DNA of 64,000 nucleotides from Candidatus Acidiferrum sp. (GTDB lineage Bacteria > Acidobacteriota > Terriglobia > Acidiferrales > UBA7541), in assembly GCA_036496505.1 (NCBI GenBank), contig DASXLA010000041.1:964-64963 (forward strand). The letters are read 5' to 3'. The notes below the pieces were generated by a model. The model saw only the letters and a program-made list of their open reading frames with translations, was not told the DNA's origin and made no database searches. A program made the translations under genes and the position numbers. Shown piece by piece: positions 29,173 through 39,933 of the stretch; within the stretch, counting starts at the first letter, position 1, and the number at the start of each line of letters is the position of its first letter.

Positions 29173-31275
29173 TTGATACAACGAGACGGATTCAGGACGG
29201 GCAAAACCATCCTGCGGATTGTGGGTATTGCCTGGGTCGCTGCGCTTGCAACAACGTGCGCCCGCGCGGACAAAAAAATCATCACTATCGCCATTTCGCC
29301 ACAGTCCGCGACCGTCAAAGCCGGTCAAGTTACGCAATTTACGGCCACCACCGGTGATCATTCGCGCGTCGTATGGTCTGTAAACGGGCAGGCAGGCGGC
29401 AGTGCTACTGCTGGAACCATTGACTTGGATGGTAATTACACCGCTCCGCTCGTGGCCGTGAATACGACGGTGGTGGTGAGCATCGCAACGAAACGCGACC
29501 CGGACACTACCGCGTCCGCTTCGGTGAGCATCATCGCATCGCCAGGCAGCTTCAGTGTTTCGCCACAATCTGCGGTGGTAGGTTCCGGGCAAATCAAGCA
29601 ATTTACCGCCGACTTCGCCGGGGGCCCTTCCGGGGTAGTGTGGTCGGTGGACGGAATCGCGGGCGGCAATTCGACGTTCGGTACCATCGACGCGGCGGGG
29701 AACTTCATGGCTCCCGCGGTTACGCAAAACGCCACCGCAACAATAACCGCTACGAACAAGACGGATTCGTCCGATTCGGCCTCGGCTGGCGTGACCATCA
29801 TCGCTCCCGGAATCGTGGCCCACACTGGCAATGTGCAGGTTGCGAGCTACACGATCACCACGGTAGCGGGCAGCACTCTACGTATTCAATTTGGAGCAGA
29901 TGCAAATTATGGGCTCAACACGTGGCAGCAGCCCGCGCCTTCCGGCGGAGGTGCGGTACAGATTTTGGTCGCGGGCATGCGCCTGAACAGCACCTACCAC
30001 ATGCGCGCGGTTCTCACGCTGGCAGACGGCAGCGAGTTGGACGATGTGGACCACACCTTCCTCACCGGTGACATACCCGCGACAAATTTGCCTTCCATCA
30101 CGGTATCTGCGACCCCAGGGCTGACGCCGCAAAGTGGCGTTGAACTGCTGGACTTGCTCAACGGCCCCACCCAGCGAGGCATTGCGGTAACCGATCTGAG
30201 CGGTGCAGTGATTTGGGCATACGATCCGGGAACGGTCGGGATCATTACCAGTCTTAACGGAATCATTACCAATCCTATAAAGTTGCTCGCTAATGGACAC
30301 TTCCTGATTAATTTCACCAGCGGCGGAGATGACGGCGCGAACTCAGTTCTTCGGGAAATTGACTTGACGGGCCAGGTGATTTGGGAGTTCTCGGCAGCGG
30401 ATCTGAATAGCGCTCTGGCGGCAGCGAAATGCGCGGGTTGCAATATAACGGTAACCGGGAGTCATCACGATTTCATCGCACTACCGAGTGGCCATTTGAT
30501 CCTGATCGTCTCGCAAGCGAAATCCGTTTCCGGAGTAGTCGGCTTTCCCGATCCGACCAGGGTTGTCGGGGATGTGATCATTGACCTCGACGAGAATCAT
30601 AAACCGGTGTGGCTGTGGTCCACTTTCGATCATCTGGATGTGAACCGCCACCCCATGAGTTTCCCGGATTGGACTCATTCGAATTCCGTTGTTTATTCTG
30701 CGGATGACAAGTCGCTCATTCTCTCCATGCGACATCAGAACTGGCTCATCAAGATTGATTACAACGACGGTCAAGGAACCGGAAACGTTCTCTGGAAACT
30801 TGGTTACCAGGGAGATTTCGCGCTGCAAGGAGGCACCGAGCCTCCAGACTGGTTTTACGCGCAGCATGACGCAAACATCATTAGTCCCAACAGCACCGGC
30901 ACATATCAAATGCTCCTTTTTGACAATGGGAACGATCGGATCATGAATTCATCAGGCCTGCTTTGCGGAATTCTGACGCCATGCACCAGCCGCGTGCCGA
31001 TTTTGCAAGTAGACGAGAGCGCCAAAACAGCGACGATCGAATGGGTGGATGACCTGGCGCCGATCTTCTCGACCTTTGGCGGTTCAGCGCGCCTTCTCGA
31101 CAATGGCAATGTGGAATTCGCGGAGTGCGGGCCGATAAACCCCGGCTCCGTGCCGCTCATTCGGGAAGTAACCAGAAGCACGCCGCCGCAAACGGTTTGG
31201 CAGATGGAGATACCGGGCCAGAATGTCTATCGCGGTTTCCGCATGCCTAGCCTCTATCCGGGCGTGCAGTGGTGA
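29173..31275 (+). CDS. Aryl-sulfate sulfotransferase (ASST) with two N-terminal Ig-like domains
   Basis: SHHD, DWTHSNS, SMRHQN, QHDA, FDNG and YR..R motifs; duplicated Ig units (SPQSA.V..GQ..QFTA..V.WSV.G.AGG..GTID..G.Y/F.AP). Confidence 0.88.
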   Translation: MIQRDGFRTGKTILRIVGIAWVAALATTCARADKKIITIAISPQSATVKAGQVTQFTATTGDHSRVVWSVNGQAGGSATAGTIDLDGNYTAPLVAVNTTVVVSIATKRDPDTTASASVSIIASPGSFSVSPQSAVVGSGQIKQFTADFAGGPSGVVWSVDGIAGGNSTFGTIDAAGNFMAPAVTQNATATITATNKTDSSDSASAGVTIIAPGIVAHTGNVQVASYTITTVAGSTLRIQFGADANYGLNTWQQPAPSGGGAVQILVAGMRLNSTYHMRAVLTLADGSELDDVDHTFLTGDIPATNLPSITVSATPGLTPQSGVELLDLLNGPTQRGIAVTDLSGAVIWAYDPGTVGIITSLNGIITNPIKLLANGHFLINFTSGGDDGANSVLREIDLTGQVIWEFSAADLNSALAAAKCAGCNITVTGSHHDFIALPSGHLILIVSQAKSVSGVVGFPDPTRVVGDVIIDLDENHKPVWLWSTFDHLDVNRHPMSFPDWTHSNSVVYSADDKSLILSMRHQNWLIKIDYNDGQGTGNVLWKLGYQGDFALQGGTEPPDWFYAQHDANIISPNSTGTYQMLLFDNGNDRIMNSSGLLCGILTPCTSRVPILQVDESAKTATIEWVDDLAPIFSTFGGSARLLDNGNVEFAECGPINPGSVPLIREVTRSTPPQTVWQMEIPGQNVYRGFRMPSLYPGVQW

Positions 31276-31391
31276 AGTGAAACGACGATAAAAAGTTGTC
31301 AGGCCCGGCGTTTGCCGGCAGGCAGTATCAAAACCAACAGCGAAAGACACCGAAAGCTCGGCGCGAAGCGTGGGCGAACCGCATTGGCCGG

Positions 31392-31793
31392 TTACCAGAT
31401 TCGTTTGCGCACCGGCAACTTGAAGATGGCGAAATCACCGGGACGATAACTCACAACTGGAACCCAGACTGAGTCTCGGTACCGTTCAAAAGAAGCTTTG
31501 GGAATCAAGAATTCCGAGCTGACGTGAATCCGAGCCCAATATTCCCCACTGCTCGGCAGAGTAAAACCCAATCCCCATTGCCAGGTTGGAGCGACCGCAG
31601 TAATACCGGTGTCAACGGCTACGACCGCGCCTGCCCCGGTGTTCTGGTAGATGATGACCCGGGCACTTTCGCCAGTTGCGCTGTCGTTCACGACATGGAC
31701 AACGATTCCGTCGCCTTTAAGCATTGAGACGGTACTGGTGACATATTCGAACTTCAGAGCGCGGCTTGGTCTCGAGGGTTTTTTGGGAGGCAT
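31392..31793 (-). CDS. Hypothetical protein (beta-rich)
   Basis: 133-aa ORF with AGGAG RBS. Confidence 0.6.
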   Translation of the reverse strand: MPPKKPSRPSRALKFEYVTSTVSMLKGDGIVVHVVNDSATGESARVIIYQNTGAGAVVAVDTGITAVAPTWQWGLGFTLPSSGEYWARIHVSSEFLIPKASFERYRDSVWVPVVSYRPGDFAIFKLPVRKRIW

Positions 31794-31971
31794 AAGTAGC
31801 TCCTGCGAAAGTTTACTGAGGAACCAGTGCTGGCCAATTCTAACCGATCAGACTGCTCTTGCGCTTCCGTTGATGAGTTTCAAGCTGGCAGGAAAGGCAA
31901 ACTCAATCTCGACAAGCGGCTTCCAGTTCTGCTGCAAAGTGCATGTGGTTCGGGCCGCTCGCCGGGCGGAG

Positions 31972-32256
31972 CTACGCGGTGTGTTTGGCGTGGAGATTTG
32001 CGTTCTTGAGCAGCTTACGCTGCTGCTTTTCATATTTCTTCGCCGCTTTTTGCTGCTGCTTGTCCGCCCTTCGCTGGGCCTTTGCCTGGGCCTTCTCCTG
32101 TTTCCTCTGATATTGGTAGAGCGCGGTCTGCTGTTTCTGAGCTGACTTTTCGGTGTGGTGATCAGTTTTTGAGGCGGCCGTGTCTTGAGCTTGAATGGGC
32201 ATCGACCATGCAGCAGCCAAGGCCACCAGCAGGGTCAAAACAGCAATTCGTTTCAT
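31972..32256 (-). CDS. Small secreted Lys/Gln-rich protein
   Basis: Signal peptide ending IQA; AGGGA RBS. Confidence 0.7.
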   Translation of the reverse strand: MKRIAVLTLLVALAAAWSMPIQAQDTAASKTDHHTEKSAQKQQTALYQYQRKQEKAQAKAQRRADKQQQKAAKKYEKQQRKLLKNANLHAKHTA

Positions 32257-32475
32257 GTGGATTTCCCTTTTAACTTTGGAACGACGCCAGTTTATACCTG
32301 TCTCGTCCGCCGGTGATGCCGTGACGCGTTTTGATTAGCAGCACTTTCCAACCCACTTTGGCGGTAACCGGGTTGACCAGGAGTTGAGCGGCGGCGAGGT
32401 TGAGTGGCGGCGGCCCTGATTGTCGACTGTTGCTTGTAATGTTTATTAACTTAGATGTAAACTTATGCTCCCGAA

Positions 32476-32811
32476 ATGAGCCGCGCCATGCAATCCCGGA
32501 CCTCTCGAATCCTTGCCTCGTTGGCGCTGCTCATCTGCTTTGTTTGCCCGCTTGTGGAATTGTTTGACTACTGGGATAACTCCGTTGTGAGTGGAGATGA
32601 TACCGAGTACCGTTTAGTGATTCTCGCACTGTGCGTCGGAGTAGCGTACATGCTCGCACGGCTGGCCTTCAAGAGCTGGACGAGCCTTAATTTTGTTTTC
32701 AGAAGCATTACTGTTTTTAGTGTCGCCAAGCCTTCCTCATGCAGGACCGGCCATTGCAGGCTCCCACTCTTTGAAGACAGAAGCCCGCCTGAGCTTCCGC
32801 TCCGTATCTGA
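32476..32811 (+). CDS. Small two-TM membrane protein ending RSPP..PLRI
   Basis: Two hydrophobic helices; C-terminal RSPP. Confidence 0.55.
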   Translation: MSRAMQSRTSRILASLALLICFVCPLVELFDYWDNSVVSGDDTEYRLVILALCVGVAYMLARLAFKSWTSLNFVFRSITVFSVAKPSSCRTGHCRLPLFEDRSPPELPLRI

Positions 32812-33013
32812 AAATCCTCGCAATTGACTCACCAGGATTCTCCAGGCGCGCGGGTTGGTTTGTCCGAAAGCGCCGCGACGTATCCACTGGCGGATGTGCG
32901 CCCAAACAGACATGTTTTTCTCGGCACTCGCTGGAACGAATCGATCCAGAGATGGCTATTTCTCGCCTTGTGAATTTGTTTCGGAAGGTTACCAACATTT
33001 TATGGAGGGTGGG

Positions 33014-33691
33014 ATGAGAGCACCAAATCGTGGCGTCGGTCCGGGATCTTCAGTTGACGTAGATTGGCATGGCGAATTGCCGAAAGCTCAACAGCATGCT
33101 TTCGAGACATACATCAAGGAATTTGAAGGCTCATACCTCATGTTCAGCATCTCGCTCGACGAAGCCATCAGCCTTCACCAGGGCACTTGGCTAAGCAAGT
33201 CTTTCCAAGTCGCAGCCCTGACGTCTGAACTGTGCGCGGGTTTGACCGCTTCACTGGAAAACATGCTGCGCTCGTTGTCCGAGCACTGCAGGGAGCAGGG
33301 GACCAATCCGACGGTCGCGCCTCTTAATCCGGCGGACTTCAGCAACGTCTGGGCAAAGCTCGTGGCGTCGAGCAGCTTGATCTGGCACAGCGCTCTGCCC
33401 ACGCGAAGGGCCCAGTTTCAAAACAAAATTCGCAGCTTAAGGTCGATGATTCGCCACGCAAAGCAAGACTTTTGTACGGTTGCAGAGACACTGGCAAGCG
33501 AGGGCATTGAGGTTGATTTGTCCGCCTCGTGGGCGGTCATGAATAGAACGCATTTCGACCTGAACACCTGCCTGCGTGAATCGTTCATCCTGCTGAAGTG
33601 CTTCATGCGAGTGTTGCCAGGCATCGAGCTTCGAGCATTCCAGGAAAAGGTCTCCAAAGGACTGAGGAGCGCGCGAGCACACTTCATTTGA
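33014..33691 (+). CDS. Hypothetical helical protein
   Basis: ORF with GGAGG RBS before the ATG at 33014. Confidence 0.6.
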   Translation: MRAPNRGVGPGSSVDVDWHGELPKAQQHAFETYIKEFEGSYLMFSISLDEAISLHQGTWLSKSFQVAALTSELCAGLTASLENMLRSLSEHCREQGTNPTVAPLNPADFSNVWAKLVASSSLIWHSALPTRRAQFQNKIRSLRSMIRHAKQDFCTVAETLASEGIEVDLSASWAVMNRTHFDLNTCLRESFILLKCFMRVLPGIELRAFQEKVSKGLRSARAHFI

Positions 33692-33706
33692 TTAAGCGGC
33701 GAAACG

Positions 33707-34462
33707 TTATGGGGCGGGGGCCTCGCCGGGGGTTTGCTGCAGGCGGGCTTCGACGGGGTCGGAGATGAGTTTGTGGACGCGGTCGCGGAGCTGCGCGACT
33801 TCGGTTTTTTTTACGGCGGTGGTGTCGATGGTGTCGTGAAAAATTACGGTGATGCGCGCCGGCCAGAGCATCCAGTGGCCGGTGCGGTGGTGCTGGAAGG
33901 AGCCGACGAGGCTAACGGGCACGATGGGAATGCCGAGCTGCTGAGCCACGCGAAAGCCGCCATCCTGAAATTCGCCGACGTGACCGTCGCGGGTGCGTTT
34001 GCCTTCCGGAAAAATGATGAGGCTGGTGCCGCCATCGATGGCGTCCTGGGTGAGCCGCCACATGCGTTTCAAATCGGAGGGGCGGCGCACATCGGGCACC
34101 GGGACGTTTCCGAAGCGCTTCATGAGCCAGCCGTACGCGGGAATCTTGAAGTGCGACTCCAGCTCCCAGCCGCGCGCGAACTGCGGGATCACGCGGTAGA
34201 GCACGAAGGGATCGAAGAGGTTGACGTGATTCGCCATCAAGAAACAGGTGCGAGCGGGATCGAAACCCGGAGAGAAGTGCACATCGACTTTTGCGCCGGA
34301 CAAAAAGGTGATGCGTTTGCAGAGATCGCGCTGGAGCCAATCGTGTTTTCGCGGATCGAGAAAAATACCGAGAAAAACGAGAATGGGCGCGGCGATAAAG
34401 AAGTGCAGCAGGCTCAGGACCCATAGAATCGCGGCGCGCACCGCCAGCCAGGTGCGCTTCAT
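33707..34462 (-). CDS. Lysophospholipid/1-acyl-G3P acyltransferase (PlsC family)
   Basis: NHVNLFD (HX4D) and FPEGKR motifs; ATGA overlap with the upstream gene. Confidence 0.92.
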   Translation of the reverse strand: MKRTWLAVRAAILWVLSLLHFFIAAPILVFLGIFLDPRKHDWLQRDLCKRITFLSGAKVDVHFSPGFDPARTCFLMANHVNLFDPFVLYRVIPQFARGWELESHFKIPAYGWLMKRFGNVPVPDVRRPSDLKRMWRLTQDAIDGGTSLIIFPEGKRTRDGHVGEFQDGGFRVAQQLGIPIVPVSLVGSFQHHRTGHWMLWPARITVIFHDTIDTTAVKKTEVAQLRDRVHKLISDPVEARLQQTPGEAPAP

Positions 34463-35358
34463 ATATAAACGTCCACCGCCGCGGGGACGATGTCGAGCGC
34501 GAGACACTTCAGCGCGAGGACTTCCCCGTCGACCATCACGTCGACGGGCTGCGACATGTCAAATTCGACGTGACGCACGGCGCGACGAGAAGCCTGGGGA
34601 TGGCGCATATGCCTGCCATCGTAAATGGTGGGAAGCATGCGGAGGGCGGCGAAACGTCCGATGGGTCCCCAATGAACAAACTCGATGAGGCCATCGCTGG
34701 GATCGGCGCTGGGAGCGATCCACATGGTGCCGCCGGTGTAGGCGCTGTTGTTGAAGGTCAAAAAAAGACAGGGGCGGCGGTCCCACTGCTGGTCGTCGTC
34801 GCATCGGACAGAAAAGGTGAGCAGCCGCAACTGCGCGAGGCGCACAAATACTCCGAGAAGATAACCGAGGTGGCCGAAGGGCTTGAAGTATTGATTGGTC
34901 AGAGCGCCTACGTTGGCGGTGAAGCCCACGCTCACGAGATTGAAGGAATAGAGCTCGCCGGCAGAGTGGGTGAGGCGCATCAGGTCGATGGTGCGGGTGC
35001 GGCGCTCGAGAAGGGCCTGCAAGGAAGCTTTGACGCCGTCGCGGGTGTAATCGCGGAGAAAAGAATTGCCGGTGCCCAAAGGAAGAAAACCCATGGCGAC
35101 GCGTTCCGCAGGGACGCCCGCGGAAAAAATGCCATTGAGGATTTCGTGGCCGGTGCCATCGCCGCCGACGGCAAGAAATTTTCTGTAGCCCTGGGCGCGG
35201 GCTTCGCGGGCGAGGCGCACGGCGTCGCCGGGCGCTCTGGTGGCGGCGACGTCCACTACGAGGCCGCCGGCGCGCAGGCGAGAGAGGGCCGGCCCGGCGA
35301 GTTTCGCGGCGCGGCCGCCACCGGCCGCAGGGTTGACGATGGCAAAGAAACGTTCCAT
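34459..35358 (-). CDS. Diacylglycerol/sphingosine kinase family lipid kinase
   Basis: NPAAG, GGDGT, PLGTGN and VDGE motifs. Confidence 0.92.
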   Translation of the reverse strand: MERFFAIVNPAAGGGRAAKLAGPALSRLRAGGLVVDVAATRAPGDAVRLAREARAQGYRKFLAVGGDGTGHEILNGIFSAGVPAERVAMGFLPLGTGNSFLRDYTRDGVKASLQALLERRTRTIDLMRLTHSAGELYSFNLVSVGFTANVGALTNQYFKPFGHLGYLLGVFVRLAQLRLLTFSVRCDDDQQWDRRPCLFLTFNNSAYTGGTMWIAPSADPSDGLIEFVHWGPIGRFAALRMLPTIYDGRHMRHPQASRRAVRHVEFDMSQPVDVMVDGEVLALKCLALDIVPAAVDVYI

Positions 35359-35432
35359 GCGGGCTGGTATTTTCTCCTGAAAAGTTTTACGGCCCGGTGT
35401 TGCTGGTTACAAGTGCTGGTTACAAGTGCCGT

Positions 35433-37145
35433 CTACAACTCCACGACGGCTTTGGCGCGATCGAGGCCGGCAAGTTTTTCCGCCAGCGCGTTTCTCTTGA
35501 TCTTGAGCGAGGCGGTACGCGGAAAATCGTCCTCGACGAGGATCAGGCCGCGAATGCGCTTGTAGTTTAGCAGCCGATTGTTCCGGGCCGAGATTTCCTG
35601 AAGCAATTCGCTGGTGAGCGATTGCCCCGGCTCGAGCTGCAGCACCAGGAGCAACTGCTCGCCGAGCATGGTGCGCTGGGGCCAAATATAGTTGGCGGCG
35701 AAGACGCAAAACTCCTTGACCGGAAGGCTTTCGAAGACGCTCTCGACGTCCTCGGGATAAATGTTTTTGCCTTCCTCGGTGACAATCATGTTTTTCTTGC
35801 GGCCGAATAGCTGCAGGTGGCCATTGGCATCGAAGCGGCCCAAGTCGCCGGTCATGAGCCAGCCGTCGATGATGGCTTCCGCTGTAAGCTCGGGTTCATC
35901 CAAATAGCCGGACATTACGGTTCTGCTTCGCACCGATACTTCACCGATGCCCTGCGCGTCCGTATTGACGATGCGCACCTGCATTCCGGGGAGCGGCTTG
36001 CCCACGGTGTCGGCGCGAAACGGTTTGAGATCGTTCACGGTGATGGCTGTGCCGCCTTCCGTGAGTCCGTAGCCATTGGCGACGGGAACGCCTAGGTCGT
36101 AAAAAAATTGCAGGGTCTGCGGTTCGCTGAAGGCGCCGCCAACGATGATGGCGCGCAGTTCCCCACCGAAGGCCTGGTGCACCTGTTTTAACAAGAGGCG
36201 GCTCAGCCCGAGGCGCGGATGGGATTTGGTGAGCGATCTGTTCACGGAAACGAGAGCATTGAAGATTTTGCGCTTGCCGGGCGCGAGCTCATCGAAACGC
36301 GCCTGCAAGCCTTTTTGCAGATTTTTCAGCACGAGCGGCACGAGACTGACATAGGTGATGTGATATTTCACAAACGCTTCGCGGACGTATTCCGGGCGCA
36401 GAGTGCGCAGATGGACGACGGCCGCACCGCAAATGAATGGGCCAAAAAATCCCACCATGAAATCGATAGCGTGGTTGGTGGGCAAAATACTCAGGTAGCG
36501 CATCCCCGGCGCGAAGGGATAGAGCGAAGTGAGCGCGATACACTGCTCGAGATAATTGTCATGGGTCATCATGCAGCCCTTGGGGCGGCCGCCGGTGCCG
36601 GAGGAATAGACGATGGTGGCGGTTTCGCTGCGGGTGCGCGCGCGAAATTCAGGGGCTGCGGCGGCGCGGGCATCTTCCCAGCGAAGGGCGCCGGCCAAAT
36701 CCGCGCCCGCCGGCGCTTCAGTGACAAAGATGGTTTGAAGATTCGCGGCGCCGGCGCGGCCATCGGCGGCGGCGAGCTGGCGCCAGATGGGATATTCGGT
36801 GATGAGCACGCGGGCGCTTGAATGGCGCAGCAATTGCCACTGCTCATCGGCGGTGAGCTTGTAATCGAGGGGCACGAGCACCCCGCCCGAGAAAAATATG
36901 GCGTAGGCGGCAATGAGCCATTTGGACTGATTGGTCATGATGATGGCGGCGCGGTCAGCGGAGGCGAAGCCGGAACTTTGCAAGGCGGCGGCGATGGGCA
37001 TGGTGCGGTCGCTGAATTCGCGATAGGTGAGCCGGTGATTTTCGCGCTCGCGGTCGGCCTCGATGAGGCAGATTTCGCCGGCGAAGACTTCGACGGCATC
37101 CTTCAAGGCGCCGCCGATGGAGGAGTACTTGGAAAGATCCAGCAT
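35433..37145 (-). CDS. Long-chain acyl-CoA/acyl-ACP ligase (AMP-binding)
   Basis: [22 protein letters not shown] and GRKKN motifs; TAATG overlap with the ACP stop. Confidence 0.9.
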   Translation of the reverse strand: MLDLSKYSSIGGALKDAVEVFAGEICLIEADRERENHRLTYREFSDRTMPIAAALQSSGFASADRAAIIMTNQSKWLIAAYAIFFSGGVLVPLDYKLTADEQWQLLRHSSARVLITEYPIWRQLAAADGRAGAANLQTIFVTEAPAGADLAGALRWEDARAAAAPEFRARTRSETATIVYSSGTGGRPKGCMMTHDNYLEQCIALTSLYPFAPGMRYLSILPTNHAIDFMVGFFGPFICGAAVVHLRTLRPEYVREAFVKYHITYVSLVPLVLKNLQKGLQARFDELAPGKRKIFNALVSVNRSLTKSHPRLGLSRLLLKQVHQAFGGELRAIIVGGAFSEPQTLQFFYDLGVPVANGYGLTEGGTAITVNDLKPFRADTVGKPLPGMQVRIVNTDAQGIGEVSVRSRTVMSGYLDEPELTAEAIIDGWLMTGDLGRFDANGHLQLFGRKKNMIVTEEGKNIYPEDVESVFESLPVKEFCVFAANYIWPQRTMLGEQLLLVLQLEPGQSLTSELLQEISARNNRLLNYKRIRGLILVEDDFPRTASLKIKRNALAEKLAGLDRAKAVVEL

Positions 37146-37393
37146 TACAAGCGGGATTGGATGCGCGATGCGAGAGTGCGGAAGTCGCTCACGCCCTGCA
37201 CTTCATAATCCGGCAATTCGATGCCAAAGTGGTTTTCGATGCGCGAGAGCAATTCGAGCGCCTGCAGGCTGTTGACGCCGAGCTTCTTGAAAAAATCGTC
37301 ATCGGGGGCCAGCGAACCAGGCGCAACCTGAAAATGCTTGGCGGCCAGGTCCAACACTTCGCGGGTTGTCTGCTCGACGGTGCGCATCACCAC
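37145..37393 (-). CDS. Acyl carrier protein
   Basis: [19 protein letters not shown]; phosphopantetheine Ser in an NSL motif. Confidence 0.88.
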   Translation of the reverse strand: MVMRTVEQTTREVLDLAAKHFQVAPGSLAPDDDFFKKLGVNSLQALELLSRIENHFGIELPDYEVQGVSDFRTLASRIQSRL

Positions 37394-37459
37394 TCCATTA
37401 TAACTGCGGGAAGCGTTGGAACGCTGAGACTCATGACTCGGGAGCAGGCGTTTTGGGGT

Positions 37460-38263
37460 TCACGGGAGGTACGGCATGGCATCCGTGGACTCCACAAATT
37501 TCTTGAGGGCCGCCATCACCGCCGGGCGCGTAAACAACTTGCAGAAGAGATCGATCTCCGCACGAAGGGCCTCGTGGGGAATGGGCTTCAGGAACTTCTT
37601 GGCGGCGGCGCGGGTGAAGGCATCGAATTTTTTAATCTGCGCGGCATTGGAACGCGCGACGTTCAAGGCCTGGCCCTCGGCGGCGAGCTGCGAGACGAGG
37701 CCCACGGATTGCGCCCGGGTGGCGTTGACGCTGCGCCCGGTAAGCAGTAAATCGCGCACGAAGGCGTTGCCCAGATCGCGCTGCAAGCGGGGAATGCCCC
37801 CAAAACCGGGAATCAGACCAAGGCGCAATTCGGGAAAAGCGAAGCGCGCCATTTTATCGGCGACGATAATGTCGCAGACGAGGGCGAGTTCGAGGCCGCC
37901 GCCAAAACAGACGCCGTGAACGGCGGCGACGGTGACGAAGGGCGCGGCGTCGATGGCGTTCATCACCGCGTGAATGCGCTCCAGAAAGGCCCGCACAGCC
38001 GCGGTACGTTTCGCGCCGGTAAGCACCGCGGCACCTTCGTAAAGTTCGCGCAAATCGGCGCCGGCGGAAAAACCTTGCTTACGCGCGCTGGAAATAATGC
38101 AGACGGACGTTTCGGGCGCGAGTTCCTCGAAGGAGCCGACAAAGGCCTCCAATTCGCCGAGCATGGTGGTGCCAATCTCGTTGGCGGGATCGCGGTCGAG
38201 GATCAATTCCAGGACGCCTTCCTGGGAATCCCAACGCAGCGTTTTTCCCACGAAGGACTTCAC
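37460..38263 (-). CDS. Enoyl-CoA hydratase/isomerase
   Basis: FSAGADL, GGGLELAL and FPELRLGLIPGFGG; both catalytic Glu present. Confidence 0.92.
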   Translation of the reverse strand: MKSFVGKTLRWDSQEGVLELILDRDPANEIGTTMLGELEAFVGSFEELAPETSVCIISSARKQGFSAGADLRELYEGAAVLTGAKRTAAVRAFLERIHAVMNAIDAAPFVTVAAVHGVCFGGGLELALVCDIIVADKMARFAFPELRLGLIPGFGGIPRLQRDLGNAFVRDLLLTGRSVNATRAQSVGLVSQLAAEGQALNVARSNAAQIKKFDAFTRAAAKKFLKPIPHEALRAEIDLFCKLFTRPAVMAALKKFVESTDAMPYLP

Positions 38264-39927
38264 GAGTTTTTTCCGCCGTACATGGCGGCAATCTCCGCCG
38301 AGAAGCGGCGGTCGATGGCCTCGCGACGGAGTTTGCCATTAGCGGTGAGCAGGCTGTTTTCAGCCATGAAAAGATGCGGCAACAAAGTGAAATTGCGAAT
38401 CTGCTGGTAGTGAGGCAAGTCGGTGTTCACGAGATCGACGACGCGCTGGGTGTTGGAGGCGGTCGTTTCACCGGTAATCAGCGCGCACAGATAGCCGCGG
38501 CCATTGCCGACGACGACGATTTGTTGCGCGCCGCTGAGCAACTGGCCGATGCGCTCTTCGATGGGTTCGGGAGCGATATTGTGGCCGGAATTCAGAATGA
38601 TGAGGTTTTTGAGGCGGCCGATGATGCGCCAGTTTCCAAGCTTGTTTTTTTCGCCCTGGTCGCCAGTGTGCAACCAGCCGTCTTTCATCACGCGCTCGGT
38701 TTCGCCGGGGCGATTCCAATAGCCGGGGAAAATATTCGGACCGCGCACGACAATCTCTTCATGGTCGCCGATGGTCATTTCGACACCGGAAATAGCCTGG
38801 CCGACATATCCGGGCTCGGGAGGAATCTGCGGATTATCCATGGTGCAGATGGCAGTGGTCTCGGTGAGGCCGTAGACCTGCAGGACAGGGATGCCCAGCA
38901 TCATGAAAAACTCCTGCGTTTCCACGGCGAGCGGCGCGGAACCACAGATCAGGGCGCGCAGGTGCGAGCCAAAACGGCTTTTAATCCTGGAGAATAGCAA
39001 TTGGCGGCCCAGGGTTAGCCAGATGGCGTCCAAGGCATCGGGCCGGCCGAAGTGACCCTCGCGGTCGCGCTGCCAGCTCTCCTGGGCTTTTCTGAAGAGC
39101 ATACGAATGGGGAAAGGGCGCTTGGCGAGCGAATCGAGGACGCCGCGTTTGACGCGCTCCAGCAGCGTGGGCACGTTCAGGAAATAATCAGGCGCGCTGA
39201 TGCGAATCTCATCGGCGAGGCGATTCAAGTCGGTGGATAGAGTGAGTACGCTCTGGCGCGCCAAACAGGACAGCAAGAGAATCCAGGAGCCGGCGAAGTT
39301 GAAGGGCAGATAATGAAACACATGGTCCGGCCTGCTGGTGGAGCCCATTAATTGATCGAGGCGCTCACCAGTGCAAGACAGCATGTGGGTGACATTACCC
39401 ACGTTGAGAGTGACGCCCTTGGCCTCGCCGGAAGTCCCGGAAGTATAAATGATCGTGACGATGTCGCCAGGCTTGCGGGAATTAGGCATTTCCGAAATCG
39501 GTTGACGTAGCGGGCCGACGCGCAGGACTTCTTCCATCAAGACACGATGAGGCCGTTCCTTCCACCCGCGGGCGACGCCATCGGTAATGTCCGCGCCATC
39601 CACGACGAGCAGGCTGGGCTCGCAATCCTTCATCATGGCGACCAGTTCCGTGGGAGCCTGCCGCGAATAGAGCGGCACGACAATGATGCCTTCGGCCATG
39701 AGCGCGAGATTGACGGCGATCCATTCGACGGAGTTCGCGCCGAGCAGCGCGCAACGATCGCCGGGGAGGAGGCCAAACTGCCGTAGGTAACCCCGGGCGC
39801 TCTGGACCTGGGCAAGCAGCTCCTTGCCGGTCACTTCGGAAAACGATTCGCCGCGAATTTCGCGCAGCACCACGCGGTCGTCGGCGCGCTTCAGTTGAGC
39901 AAAAATCGCCTCAAGAAAATTAGACAT
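38260..39927 (-). CDS. Long-chain fatty acyl-CoA synthetase (AMP-binding)
   Basis: YTSGTSGEAKG, YGLTET, HTGD and GRLKN motifs. Confidence 0.9.
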   Translation of the reverse strand: MSNFLEAIFAQLKRADDRVVLREIRGESFSEVTGKELLAQVQSARGYLRQFGLLPGDRCALLGANSVEWIAVNLALMAEGIIVVPLYSRQAPTELVAMMKDCEPSLLVVDGADITDGVARGWKERPHRVLMEEVLRVGPLRQPISEMPNSRKPGDIVTIIYTSGTSGEAKGVTLNVGNVTHMLSCTGERLDQLMGSTSRPDHVFHYLPFNFAGSWILLLSCLARQSVLTLSTDLNRLADEIRISAPDYFLNVPTLLERVKRGVLDSLAKRPFPIRMLFRKAQESWQRDREGHFGRPDALDAIWLTLGRQLLFSRIKSRFGSHLRALICGSAPLAVETQEFFMMLGIPVLQVYGLTETTAICTMDNPQIPPEPGYVGQAISGVEMTIGDHEEIVVRGPNIFPGYWNRPGETERVMKDGWLHTGDQGEKNKLGNWRIIGRLKNLIILNSGHNIAPEPIEERIGQLLSGAQQIVVVGNGRGYLCALITGETTASNTQRVVDLVNTDLPHYQQIRNFTLLPHLFMAENSLLTANGKLRREAIDRRFSAEIAAMYGGKNS

Positions 39928-39933
39928 AGGGGT

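Noticed and set aside
35401-35430. Short direct repeat TGCTGGTTACAAG x2 in an operon gap; similar short duplication inside thiL (about 18699-18765)
   Set aside because: Most simply local slippage duplications with no functional evidence.
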